From the NCBI RefSeq assembly GCF_000372725.1, contig NW_005202428.1, positions 707,221 to 771,220 on the forward strand: DNA of 64,000 nucleotides. Reading direction: 5' to 3'. This document shows, one piece after another, positions 11,454 to 23,897 of the stretch (positions within the stretch are counted from its first letter, which is position 1; every line of letters begins with the position of its first letter). The position numbers were made by a program, and so were the translations under genes. The DNA is from Emiliania huxleyi CCMP1516 (Eukaryota). The notes under the pieces are model-generated. The model worked only from the letters and a program-made list of their open reading frames with translations. It had not been told where the DNA came from and did not search any database.

Positions 11454-12286
11454 ATGCTCGCCGGCCTGGCAGTGTGCTGCCTCTCCGCACAGCCCACGTT
11501 CCGCGTCCGCTTTGACGTCGAGACGGCCGCGGTAGCCAGATGACAACACGTCGAGCCGCCAGAGACTAGATGCGGCACAGCGATATCCATCAGCCCTTGC
11601 CAGCTCCCGTCCGACAGACGCGCCCGCTCCCTACAGACGGACGGGCCGGGCTCCTTCGAGGTGGAGGTGCATCCAGAGTGGTCGCCGCTGGGCGCCGAGC
11701 GCTTCGCCGCTCTGGTCCAGACTGGCTTCTACGATGACACTCGATTCTTCCGCGTGATTCCGTCATTCATGGTGCAGTTCGGTCTCTCTGGCGACCCCGC
11801 TCTAAACGCAAAGTGGCGTGCCAATCAGGTGCCGCCGCACGCAGCTGGCTCGGCTCGCCCTCCTCACAGTGAGCAGCGTCTCTCACGCCCACTCGGAAGC
11901 GCATTAGATCAAGGACGATCCGGTCGTCGAGAGCAACAAGCCCGGCTACATGACCTTTGCCAAGACGGGAGCGCCAAATTCGCGCACGACGCAGCTCTTC
12001 ATCAACTATGTCGACAACGCGCGCCTCGACGGGATGGGCTTCGCCCCTTTCGCAAAGGTCTGGGCCTTGCGCTTTACATGCCGCGGAGCGCCTGTCATTA
12101 CCTTACCTCGCCTTACCAAAGGTCCTTGGCGACGGGATGGCCGTCGTCAAGAAGATCTACAACTGCGGCGAGAAGCCCAACCAGGGGCAGATCCAGAACG
12201 AGGGCAACGCCTACTTGGACAAGAACTTTCCGGAGCTGTCCAAGATCGTCAAAGCGACCATCGTTACAGCCAAGGAGGAGATCTAG
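11454..12286 (+). CDS. Cyclophilin-type peptidyl-prolyl isomerase, secretory/ER
   Basis: Exons 11454-11525 (or 11531), 11637-11828, 11908-12057 and 12122-12286. Signal-like [12 protein letters not shown], then [37 protein letters not shown] and GFAPFAKV. Ends KEEI. Confidence 0.92.
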
Positions 12287-12791
12287 AGGAGGTCCGACAG
12301 ACGGAGGGTGCGTCCAAGGACGCTCCGCACTACCTTACCAGCCTCGCTGGCCGCCGGGGTTGTGGGGCGCGAGGGCGCGAGCGAGGGCGAGGTGGGAAGG
12401 ACGCGCGAGCTGAGATGAACTCTCTTTCGTGTGATCCTTCACCATTATTACGTTTACGTGACATCGTGTCGCGGCGAGCCACCTCGAGCCCGTCGACAAC
12501 TTTTCGCACGCACAACGTACACGTAAAGAGCCATACTTGTGGCTCTCGCACAATCAAAACGGTAACGCAGTTACAAAACACCACGCGAGACACAGCCACA
12601 CACTTCTCTCTCTCTCGACCTCTCGAAGCACGAAGGCTCTCGCTTCCTTGGTCCGTCGCATTTTCGCTTCCGCTCTGCGGCTCCTCGATCCTTTTTTCTG
12701 ATTTCTCCCCCGCGGGCAGCCCTCCCCGGACCCCGCTCCCGTCCCGAGCAACTCGGCGCTTGTTCGCCTCTATCCGCGACTCTTCTCTCTC

Positions 12792-14492
12792 TCACGTGGC
12801 GGCGGAGCTAGCGGGCCATCGCGTGAGGTCGGCGGCGACCGCGAAGCTCCAAAACGACTCCAGCGTCTCGGTGAGTGCCGGCGGGTGGTCGGCGAGTTCG
12901 TGTTGCGGCTCCGGGCCGCCTCTCGAGGGCAGCATACTGCAAACAGGGAGGTAGAACGCCGGGGCGGGGGAGTACTCCCTAGTCGTTTCGTACCTGCTCA
13001 CAAGCCAGAGGTGAATAGACGCCGTTCACACCAGGACAAACTCCCCTGTCTTCTCCTACCTCGCGTGACAGTCTTCACGCGAGTAGAGCACGTCGTAGTG
13101 GTGTTCCTGTGCACACACCAGCGCATGTGAAGAGGCGCTTCTCTGCCACAGCGGCGGGACACGTCCGGGTGGTCCTGCTTCCGGCCCGGTTTCTGCACCG
13201 GCTCGGGCACCGAAGTGATGAGCCGTAGTGCCGTCGAGAAGGAGTTTGCCATCTGGCAGCCTATTCACAGCAGGGAGCATCGGAAGACCTTGTTTGGGCC
13301 TTGTCTCCAAAGGCGTCCGCCATCGGGCCGCCCTGCAGCACGCGATGGCTCGAGGCGGAGGAGCCTACTATCGGAGATCCCTCCGGTATAATCTCGTGTA
13401 GGACTCGCACAGGCATCCTCGAGGCCGCGGGCCATTCTGTCGGCGAGGGAGAGCGGGAGAGCGGCGGACGCGCGAGCCGTCCACCGTGTGCAAGAGCAGC
13501 ATCGGTCCGGCAAAGGGCCGCGTAAAGCGAGGCTCGTACAACAACCGCTGGACGCCCTGGGCCTGCCCTGCCAACGCCCATTCGCTCCCCTTGGCGGCAC
13601 TTTTGAAAGCCGCCGCAGCGTCCGTCAGCCGGTGCACCCCAACCCGCACGCAGCTGCTCGGTCCCATCCGGGACTCGCGCAGGCACACTCGGAAGTCGGC
13701 GGCGTGCAACGCGCGCAGCGACTCGCGCAGCGGCCGCTGGTCGTCCGCCGTCTTGCCTAGCTTCAGCTCGTCGGACCAGAGCTTGAGCAGCGCCGTGAGC
13801 GGCCGCCCCTTGCGCACGAGCAGCGCAAAGTTGTGAGGCAGAAAGTCGGTGACCCGCCCCGGCCGAATCACCCCGTAGTAGTCATTATATCTCCGTATGG
13901 GCGCCGGCAGCTGTGACTCCTCCGCGAGCGGCGACGACTCGAAATTGACAGCAAAGTCGATCGCGGCGTTGCGATGCGCGGCGGCGAGGGCGCCGTGCAG
14001 CATGCTCGAGCAGATCTGCACCGTTGCGTCGAGCTCAAGTGTGAGCTCGAAGGGCGAGGCGGCGAGCGCCGCCACACGAGCCAAGTAGCTCTGGCGCCAT
14101 CGCTGAGCGTACACCGTCGTGTTGGCGGCCACAATGAAGTCGAACGTGCTGCGCACCTCCCTTGACGCGGCGAGATCGGTGGCGAGTGCGGTTGGCAGGT
14201 CTGGGCACGCCGTGCGGACGCTCAGCACGCTGCTCTGCACCTGAGGCACCGAGCGGCGGCCGAGCTCACGCCGAGCTCAAGCCGAGATCACGCCCTGAAT
14301 GCGTGCTCTGCACACCTCAGCGAGGTAGCGATCAACACGCTTGCCTGGGTGCTGCGGCGAGGCGAAGGACATCACCACGTAGAGCACCCCCACCGGTGCC
14401 GCGGCCGATCGCAGGTAGCGAGGGCTAACAGACGCCCGCACAAAGCCGTCGTAGTCGGCGCCTGAGGGGAGGCAAGACGAACTTTCAGACAT
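12792..14492 (-). CDS. Putative glycosyltransferase-like protein (multi-exon)
   Basis: Removing intron 14315-14241 gives VGVLYVVM...RYLAE|VQSSVLSVRTACPDLPTALATD, then ELTLELDAT and DDQRPLRESL, resembling nucleotide-sugar transferases. The 3' exons (~13330-13062 and ~12994-12792) are tentative; the ORF may instead stop at 13368. Confidence 0.5.
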
Positions 14493-15537
14493 TAAAGGCA
14501 GCCTTGACGTGGCCGTTTGTTCTTGTCATGCCGGCGTGTGCTACAAACAGCCCGTATTCGCTCGCCCCTCCCTTCTTGCTTTGCTGTGGCTCATCGTTCT
14601 GCATAGCTGTCGCCGTGCAGATCGACTGACTGCACGCTGCCTGCATCTAGGACGCAGCACCCGCCACGAATTCAATATGAAGAGGCGCAGCGCTGCTGTT
14701 GTCTGCACCTGCGGGGGCCGCAATTCGTGCGATGGGTCGCGGCTGCGGCGGCTCGCGTGCCAAATGCCGACTGCGCCAGTGCTCGCTTTGGGTGATGCAC
14801 TCTGTTGCTGTCTATGGCGGGGTTGCGGGCGGCACCGTGCTTCAGCGGTCTGCCTCGCGGGTCGCTGGCCGCATATCCCCTGCGGACCGCCGCGACTGCC
14901 TTTACCTTCATCGCATGCAGGAGCCAGAAACGGCTCGGTAGAGACTCTGTAGTCGGTCTTGTCTCGAGGTGCACCCGGTTAAGCCAGACTGGCGCGGAAT
15001 GATGCGGCCGCGTGCGGCCGGCGGGCGCGATTGTGACGGGGCGAGGCTCGGGGTTGCGGCCGCGTGCAGCGCCGCTGGCGACGCTGTAGTCAGCGTCGCG
15101 GGGGCGCGTTTACTTGTGAATGTCGAATCTCTTTACGGCGCGAAAGTCGATCGGATTCACCTAAAAGGGATACAATTAGATAAAAGGAGTGGGAATCCCA
15201 CGGACGCACGTAGTTGTTACGTCACCCCAAAGACATTTTAGGTAGGTGAAGCTGACGCGCAACCCCCTCTCCCGGTCAGAGGGGGTGGGAGGGGTGGCAC
15301 CTACCTGTGTGTATGTTGTAGTTTTAGGTATGTTGTAGTTGGCAAAGGAAGGTATGTAGCGTGAGTGAGGTCGCCGGCTGCACTGTTTGCTCCGCAATGC
15401 TGGCTGGCAGTTGTAATAAGTTGCCAAATGTGTGAATTTTCGTGGGAAGGGGGAACGGAAATTCTTTTCATTGAGTGTGCCAGTCCGCGCCAGTCCGCGC
15501 CCTTGTCGTGCCAGTGTGCTGTGAGAGAGGCCTTTAA

Positions 15538-16431
15538 CCCTAGTAGGTGGATAGTGTCGCTGTTTTCGAAAGGCGCTGACGGCCCGGCGCGTACCGCGCG
15601 ACGCCCGGGCTACCCACCAGTGAAAGGCCTATACCAACCCTTCAAAATGACCTACTAACTTTGGTACACTCTCACTTTGATATTTCCCGCGGTGCACACT
15701 CAAAGTCCGGAAATCTCACAGACGCGCGCGTTTTGGCCGGCTACCCCATCGGGTCGCACGGAGACACGGGAAGGCTGCCGCAAGCCGCCTCCGGGTGCAG
15801 GGGCCCGACGCGGTAGGCGGGGGCAACAGCCCGGTAGCTGGCCGCGCCTCTCCGCCCCGCCCGTCGCCGCTGCACCCCTTGCCGCGGCCCTCGTCGCTGC
15901 TGCAGCGACGACAGCCGCGGCACGAGGTCAGAACGCGGCCTCGGAGAGCTCGAGCGAAGGCGCCGACGGTGGCGGCCGTGGTAGTGGTTGATGGTAGAAG
16001 GCTCCTGAGCCGTCGGGCACCACGCTCGACGTCGCCGAGGAGCCGCACCCGGCGCGAGCGCCTGCGCGTCGGCGGGTGCCACCGAAGGCGGGTGGGCAGC
16101 ACCGGGCGGGGCGGCGGAGCTTCTCGAGGCGCGCACGTGCCCCGCGGGTCGTGCGCCGAGGCAGACGGCCGAAGAACCGGTGGAGTATCGCGCCCTCCTT
16201 CGCCGTGCCGCGTGTGCGCTGCGCCCGCTCGAGAGGCCGTCGAGAGCAGCGCGGCGCAGCCGATCCGGGCGATGAGCGTGCGCGGAACCGACCGGACCCG
16301 TCAATGTCCACTATGCGGGCATGGCCAGGCCGGCGCGGTTTGGTCTGGCGACCTACAGGGCGCGCACCGCGGTTGTGTCAACGCGAGATTCCGCGAGACC
16401 GCCTGTCTGACAGGTTATCCACCCACTAGGG
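15538..16431. mobile_element. Non-autonomous piggyBac-type element (MITE), 894 bp
   Basis: Left end TTAA(15534-15537)+CCCTAGTAGGTGGATA; right end TATCCACCCACTAGGG(16416-16431)+TTAA(16432-16435). This gives 16-bp TIRs with 1 mismatch, a TTAA TSD and CCCTAG termini. No transposase ORF. Confidence 0.88.
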
Positions 16432-16552
16432 TTAAGAATTCTTTTCCCCAAGGGCAAAGGCCATGCTCACTACTCGTAGCTCGCGCCAGGACGCGGGCGT
16501 GGCTCCTTCCAGGCCCAAGCCCAAAGCCCAAAGCCAGGCCCAAAGCGTGGTG

Positions 16553-18106
16553 ATGATGCTCGTTGCTACAACAGTCGCCCTACTGCTGCTGCTCGGCTTC
16601 AGCACGAGCCAAGGCGCTGCCGCGGCGGTGGACGGACCTCGACCTCGCTCCTTCTTCTGGTTCAACGATGTGACGCCAGCGCTGCCGCCGTTCCCACCAC
16701 ACCAGCCGCCGCTGCCGCCGTCGCCACCTCCACCGCACCCGCCGCTCCCGCCGCTAGCGCCGCCGCCGCCTTCGCCACCGCCGGATGAGTTCGACTGCCA
16801 CGATCTCGGCGGCTTCGACGCAACCATGTTCCGTGGGATGATGAGTCAGTACATGGAGCGTTTCTACGGATCTCTGCCGACCGCACCGCGCGAAGGCCGC
16901 GAGTACCGGCGGCTCGGAACGATGGAGATCGTGCGGTACAACCTGAGCTACACCAACATCGAGCTCGGCGAGGCAAAGCTGCTCGGCTGCAGAAACAAGG
17001 GCGCCAACAAATGGTGCGTCGCCACCCTCTCGCCTCCAGGAGATGCAACCCTCCTCCGTGCCCCGCGGCAACGCCCCGACCGCGGACGCGCCGTCCCGGC
17101 CGACTGTCCCGCGTGGCTGGCCTGTGGCAGCTGACCCGGGCTGGCCTGTGGCAGCTGACCCGGGCTGACTAGCTGGGGCTGACCTGTGGCAGGTGGGACC
17201 CGGTCGAGAATGAGCTCGACGAGATCGGCGACTCGGTCAGCGAGATGCTCGGCCCGCTCGCGCCGTACATCGGGCCAAGTAAGGGCTCGCGGCTGATCGA
17301 GTTCGACACAGTCACGCTGGAGATGGAGGTCGAGCCGAGAGCAGCCGAGAGCAGCCGAGAGCAGCCGAGCGAGTTCACCCGAGATCACCCCAGATCACCC
17401 GAGATCGCAGGTCAAGTCGTTCGGCCTGAGCATGCAGTCCCACGTGACGGAGTTCGGCTTCGGCGTCGGCGGAGGGACGGCGACAGCGACGGGCTCCGGC
17501 AAGGTCTGGCTCGACAACCTGTCGATCCGGCTCGCAGACGTGCTGGCGGGGGTGGGTGCGGGCGGGCCGCCGGGCGGGGGAGGCCCGCTCGGCTGCGGCG
17601 CCGATTTCGAGGTCGACCTCAAGTTTGATGGTACGAGAGCCATATGCGGAGTATACAGAGCAGCCCATTGCCTTCCCGCGACGCGAGTACCACCCGGTGT
17701 GTTCGTGACGCAGGCACCTTTGAGGGGCTTGGCTTCGAGCGGCTGTTCGGCTCGGGCGGGCCGCTGGCGCTCGCAGCGACGGGGAAGCTCCGAGAGAGCC
17801 GAGCGAGGTGCACTGACGGCGGAGCGACGCTGCCCGCCGTAGGCGCCCGATGTGACGGGCATGCTCTGCGACGGCCGAGAGAGCGGCGGCAGTCTCCTCG
17901 ACTCGGGCTGGCAGTGGCGCGGCCCAGGCCCCGCGCCGGTCGGCATCCGGCAGCAGACGATGACGTACCTGCAGGAGCGGTGCGACCCGTCAGACCCACT
18001 GACAAAGCTCTTCGAGCGCTGCATGTTCGTCACCGAGTGGCTGCCCGCGGGCGCGCGCGGCGCCGCCGCAGAGATGCGCGCAGCGCTCCACAAGGCGCGC
18101 GGCTGA
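16553..18106 (+). CDS. Secreted protein with proline-rich linker, function unknown (multi-exon)
   Basis: Signal peptide MMLVATTVALLLLLGFSTSQG, a PPSPPP tract, then exons in ORFs 17245, 17432 and 17852 separated by introns with tandem repeats. Confidence 0.55.
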
Positions 18107-18699
18107 GGACCCAGGGAAGGTCGTGCGTACAACAGCAACGGCACCGCTCCTGGCCCATCGCATGCCGAGTGCGTGCGAGGGCCGCTGATGCGCGTGTCCC
18201 GTCTCTCCATTCTCAAGGTCATGTGTGGTGTCGAGGGTGTGCAGTGGCCACATTAGCCCGCCCTCCACGCTCCCCCGTCCTCTACGACTACGTACTACGT
18301 TCATGATCATCTCATCAAACACATTGTCATATTGAAAATGAATCGGTGAAATGAATAGAGTATAGAGAGCGCGCATCAACCATCATCAGACATCACTACC
18401 TCACGAACGTCTCCCCGGACTCCGTGGTCTATAGGATCGAAAGGAAGAACATTTCGCGTTCGTTCGAGACGCAAACGGCAAACACCCGGGGGACTCAAAC
18501 AAATGAACGAAGCGGACAAAAGGCCTCATCACCGCCAGCAAGAAAAGCGAACCCTGCGATATCGGCGAAGACGAAGGCCCCCATCAAAAGCGAGCTCCTG
18601 GCATTGAAACGAATTGAAACGAATCCCAGTCCAAGTTGCGCGAACGCCTCGTTTCCCCAAGAAAGCAAGCGCGCCGGCCTCGGGTGTGTGTGTGTGTAT

Positions 18700-20082
18700 A
18701 TGTTGCTCTCCACGCTGCTCGCCACCGTCTTCGGCAGCCCGGGCCCCATCCCGTCGATCGGAGAGGATGCTCACGTCGCCCGCAAGCTCCAGGGCGTTGG
18801 CACTAGGATTGTCGGCGGGGTGCCCACGGGAGTGCAGGAGTTTGAGTGGCTCGTGAACCTGCGAGACACTCGGTTCGGCCAGGAGGGCTTCTGCGGTGGG
18901 ACACTGATGTCTGCGAACTGGGTGCTGACGGCCGCGCACTGCGTGAGCGACTACAACAAAGCGAATAAGCGCAAGAAGCTGAGAGTGTGAGTGGACCGCC
19001 CCACCCTCCTCCCGCGCCCGCTCTCTTCCCGCGCCCGCCTACCTCCCGCGCCCGCCCTCTTCCCGCGCCCGCCTACCTCCTGCGCCCGCCCTCCTCCCGC
19101 GCCCGCCCCTCTCTCACGTCCTGCTCCTGCTCGCCCCTGTTCCTGCACCAGCCACCGCTCACGTGCCCGTCTCCTCTGCAGCGCCATCGGACGGCACAAG
19201 ACCAACGGCAACTCGCACCCGAACAACAAGCACCCGATCCAGCAACTTTCGGTGGAGGCGGTCCACATGCATCAGAGCTACAACGACGACACCCTCAAAA
19301 ACGATATCGCGCTCCTGAAGCTGTCGAGCCCGGCAATGGACTATTGGGAGGCGGTCGACTCGCTCGGCATGCCCGCCGCAGACATTGGCGGCGAGACCCT
19401 GACCGTCGCTGGCTGGGGCACCCTCAGTTCAGGAGGCAACACGCCGTCGGTGGCGCAAAAGGTGGAGGTCGAGGGGTCAAGTTGCTCCGCCTACGGAAAC
19501 TGGATCAAGGACGGGATGATCTGCGCGGCCGAGAACGGCAAGGACAGCTGCCAGGGTGACAGTGGCGGGCCCCTCGTCTACAAAAATGGCGCGGACGACT
19601 TTACGCTGGTGGGCGTCGTGTCGTGGGGCGAGGGATGCGCGGGGAGTAAGCCCGGTGTTTACACCGACGTCGACTACTTCCGCTCGTGGATCTGCGAGAC
19701 AATGGAGGAGAACACCGGGAGCGGAGACGACCCCCTCCACCAATCGTGCGGCGACAGCACCCCGTCGCCGTCGCCGTCGCCGTCGCCTCCCCCCACCCAA
19801 ATCCAGCTTCCACCCGTGGCGGAGTTCGAGGGGGTGTTTCTGTCGTCGACCGATCAGAAGTGGTACGCGGTCGCTGCGGGCTCAAAGAGCTCCGGCTTTA
19901 CGACAGCCAGCAGCGCGCTGCTGTGGCTTCCGAGCCTCTGCGCCGACAGCCACGATCGGTGCCCCATGAAGTTGAACACTGCCGCTAAGAGGGCAAAGAA
20001 TTGCCCGAAGGCCAACGGCTGGAACAGCCAGAAGTGTGCAGCCACCTGCGGCCCCGAGCTCGGCGGCTGCAGCCCAGGATGA
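18700..20082 (+). CDS. Secreted trypsin-like serine protease (S1A) with C-terminal ShKT-like cysteine domain
   Basis: R-IVGG activation site, LTAAHC, DIALLKL and [11 protein letters not shown]. One GT-AG intron at 18987-19181. The C-terminus has six Cys (CADSHDRC...C...CAATC...C). Confidence 0.93.
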
Positions 20083-20293
20083 TGATGGAGACCTGCGCCG
20101 GGCTTGCGCGCGATACGGCTACGCGCGCAGCTGCGAACAAGAAATAAAATCATATTTATGGGAGTGGCTCAAGAGAGTTGTCTCGGTCGTGTCTAGTCAG
20201 GTTTGTACGAATATCCATTGCATGCATGCGATGCTTGAGGACGGTATAGAGGGCCGATTCTCCTTTTGTGAGTTGTGTGTGGTAAGGGACCTC

Positions 20294-20524
20294 TCGAGCA
20301 GCGCGCCATGCGGGCCTGCCGCCGGCGACGAGATTGGAGAGCCGACAGGCATCAAAGAGGTAGGTACTGAGGAGGGCCATCGCGCCCGAGGCGGTCCGCG
20401 CCGGCCCTGCAGGCCGTCTCAGAGAGCCTGGCGAGGCTGTACAGAATGCCAAGAGCATACTGAGCAGGCTGCCGTCGAGCGACGAGCCATGCTGGCTCGT
20501 CGCAGGCGATGAGGTCGAGGAGCC
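20294..20524 (-). repeat. 231-bp dispersed repeat, inverted copy of 60421-60651
   Basis: The reverse complement matches ggctcctcgacctcatcgcctgcgacgagccagcatgg...gcgctgctcga with only a few substitutions. Confidence 0.9.
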
Positions 20525-21254
20525 GATCGGAGCGTCGCAGAGGCTGCCGACCACTGCCGTTCGCCCTCGGGCCCAGGGGTGGAAGGCAAGCTTCCTGGCG
20601 TTTCTGGCGAGCGTCCAGACGTCGCAGAGCATCCGGCAGGCGCGCAGCGACCCAAATTTTTGCTCACCGCACGGCCGTGCGAGCCGTCGGTCGGTGGTGA
20701 TGGTCGGCGTCGGCGCGCGCCGCCCGACGCGGCGGCGGTGGGCGTCATGTGGCGGGCGTGGGAAAGAGCATTGTCCGAATTGCGGCGGACGTCCCTCTTA
20801 TCAAGTGCTCAAGTGCTCAAGAGGCTGCGCAGGCCTTCCCCGGTATTTTAATATGAAAACCACACACCGGGTCGGACACACCGTCCGGTGTCACCGTCAC
20901 CCGCGCGCGTCGCCGTCGGGACACTCGGGTCCGTCGCCAGGCTGCTGCGAGCGCTTGTGTCAGCGTGGGCCACCTCTCGGCTCACGCCGCTGACAGAAGC
21001 ACCCAACTGCATGCGTGGCGGCGCCGGCGGCGCAGTCAGAGTACAGAGATGTATGTATGTATGTAGGAAGGCGAAGAACAGTCAGGCGCGTAACGTCTCG
21101 TATAGTTAGAGGCTGCGCAGGCCGTCCCGTTTGCTGTTTGAAACGCCTGTTGCGCTGGCCGCTGCGCGCGCGCGCTGGCCGCTGCCGGGGCTCTGTCTCA
21201 CTCTCACGTGCCGCAATATGTGTCACGCACGGCGGCTTCTGCCACCTCTCGATT

Positions 21255-21354
21255 NNNNNNNNNNNNNNNNNNNNNNNNNNNNNNNNNNNNNNNNNNNNNN
21301 NNNNNNNNNNNNNNNNNNNNNNNNNNNNNNNNNNNNNNNNNNNNNNNNNNNNNN
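21255..21354. other. Assembly gap (100 N)
   Basis: Run of N. Confidence 1.
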
Positions 21355-21947
21355 CGGCGGCGGCGGCGGCGGCAGCGCGCGCACGGCGCGTGCGACGGGG
21401 GGGCGGAGCAGCGACCGCTGGCGCGGCCGCTGCTCCGTCTGTGCCAGGGACGCGCGCTCTGCGCCGCTGCAGAGCGCGCGCGTCAGGGCAAGGGGCATGC
21501 GTGGCGGCGCGGGACGCGCGGCGGCGGCGGCGAGCAGCCTCCGTGAGCGGTGAGGCGGCCGGGCGAGGGCGCGGCGGGTGACGGGTCAAGGGAGCAGCCC
21601 ACACCCGGCGTCGCTTTTTGAGCGACGCCTGTGGTACGCCTGCGCAGGGGCCGCAGGGCGGTCAGTTGTGGGGCGAGGCGGTGCCGGCCGCGGGCCGGGT
21701 GCAAGGCGCCGGCCTCGGCGCCGCCTCGGCGCGCCGCACGGGCGCGGCGAGCCTCTGAGCGGGAGCCGAAGGTTTGCCGTGGTGGGAGGGAGGGAGGGAG
21801 GTGGGGGTGAGTTGACTTTGCCGCAGAGGCCGTCCCTACTGTGAACAGCAAAACGGGACAGTATTTCTTTTGTCTGAGGCCCCTGGAAAATACGCGGTGC
21901 TCGCCCCCTCTCCTCGCTCCGCGAGCGCACGCCCAACAACAACATAC

Positions 21948-23467
21948 ATGTGGCTGCCGCTGCTTCATAGCCTCCCGCAGGCGCACGTGCTGCGCGGCCC
22001 GGCGGCCGCGCCGCCGCTCCGCAGCTGGATCCTGATGGGCGGCGTATCTCCCGACCGGATGCCGTCCCACGGCATGCTCTACGACGGGTGGGGCAAGGAG
22101 CAGCTCGGCCACCTAAGCGACTCGTGCTCGCTGGTCGAGGCGGGGTACGAGCGGGAGATGAACCGCTTCGAGCTGGCGCTTGCGATCGCGCGCCGCGCCA
22201 AGGACAATGCGTATACCTCGGCGCAGGTGCCGCCCTCCCCTCCCCTCCCCGCGCGGCGGCGCCGTCGAGACCGGCCGTCGGCCGCAGCCGTCTTACCGCG
22301 GCGCTCGCCTCGTTCACAGGAGGCGCCCAGCGGCGTGATGAGCCACGGCGGCGTCGCGTACCGGCCGCGCAAGTCGCACGTGGTGGTAGCGATGCGCGAG
22401 CTCATCACAGAGGTTGAGGCGACCGGAGACCTCGCCGTGCCGCCGCCGCCGCCGCCGGAGGCCGCCGCAGGAGACGCGCGCTCCGCGGGCGGCGCACCGT
22501 TGGAGCGCGGCGCGCCGCCGCCGCAGCCCCGCCCTTCGCTCGGGTCGCTCGACGGCGACGGCGGCGCTGCGAAGCTGGAGGACCTGAATGCGATGCTGCT
22601 CGCAGACAGCCCGCCGGTCGGCAGCGTCGGCGCGGCAGGCGAGGCCGGTGCCGCGGCCGGAGCTGCGGCGGACGTGGACGGTCTGGAGGCGCTGCTGGCG
22701 GGCATCGCGGACTTGGACGGTCTCGACGAGGACTTTGGCGACCTCGCTGTCCCCGCCGACGCCGCCGCGGTGCGCAGCTCAACCCACTGCANNNNNNNNN
22801 NNNNNNNNNNNNNNNNNNNNNNNNNNNNNNNNNNNNNNNNNNNNNNNNNNNNNNNNNNNNNNNNNNNNNNNNNNNNNNNNNNNNNNNNNNNNNNNNNNNN
22901 NNNNNNNNNNNNNNNNNNNNNNNNNNNNNNNNNNNNNNNNNNNNNNNNNNNNNNNNNNNNNNNNNNNNNNNNNNNNNNNNNNNNNNNNNNNNNNNNNNNN
23001 NNNNNNNNNNNNNNNNNNNNNNNNNNNNNNNNNNNNNNNNNNNNNNNNNNNNNNNNNNNNNNNNNNNNNNNNNNNNNNNNNNNNNNNNNNNNNNNNNNNN
23101 NNNNNNNNNNNNNNNNNNNNNNNNNNNNNNNNNNNNNNNNNNNNNNNNNNNNNNNNNNNNNNNNNNNNNNNNNNNNNNNNNNNNNNNNNNNNNNNNNNNN
23201 NNNNNNNNNNNNNNNNNNNNNNNNNNNNNNNNNNNNNNNNNGGGGGGGGGGATCACGCAGCCAACGACTGGACACGGGCGCTGGAGAGGCGGCTAGCGAG
23301 GCGGTGAGGCGGCCACACAATTGGAGCGACGCGCAGACACACAGGCACACAGGCACACAGGCACGACTCTCAGCCCGCGGGGTGACGCCTGTGGTTGCGA
23401 GCAGGTGGAGCCGATCGACGACAAGCTGCTGCTCGAGCTGCTCGGCGGCGACGCGGCGCAGCTATGA
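21948..23467 (+). CDS. RNA polymerase omega (RpoZ/Ycf61)-like protein with N-terminal presequence; spans the assembly gap
   Basis: ATG at 21948 and GT-AG intron 22227-22319. NRFELALAIARRAK...KSHVVVAMREL resembles bacterial omega NRFDLVLVAARRAR...KTTVIALREI. Acidic tail follows; probable last exon 23405-23467 (VEPIDDKLLLELLGGDAAQL*). Confidence 0.6.
22792..23241. other. Assembly gap (450 N)
   Basis: Run of N. Confidence 1.
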
Positions 23468-23897
23468 GGAGGCGCGCGGGCGTGGGTCCCCGGAGGCGGA
23501 GAGGGCCGCTTCCTGGGTCGCAGCTCGGAGAGGCACCGCGCTGGAACTATGTGCGTGAAAGGCGCTATTTTTTTATATCGCCGTACCTCAGCCTTTGACG
23601 TTCGCGGGCGAACTGGCGAACTGGTTCATGAACTGGTTCGCGTTCGCGGGTGAACTCGCGGTTCGTTCGGTTTCGGAGTTCAGCACTCTGGGCGCCTCCA
23701 TTGCGTGCCAAGGCGCTCTCAAAACACAAAAGCAAGGGCGCGGTGCGCGATATCTTGCGTAGCCTCGCTGCTGGTGCCCCGATTCTCGATCGCATTCACA
23801 TTCATTGCGAGCATCTTCGGACTCTTCGCGGCAGTGCAGCGCATCCTGGAGCTTTGGGAGCGGAGCCGTCGCCCGCCCCGTCGGTGAACGAGCCAGC

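Noticed and set aside
20530..21870. ORFs flanking the first gap
   Set aside because: Low-complexity GC-rich translations interrupted by Ns, with no motif.
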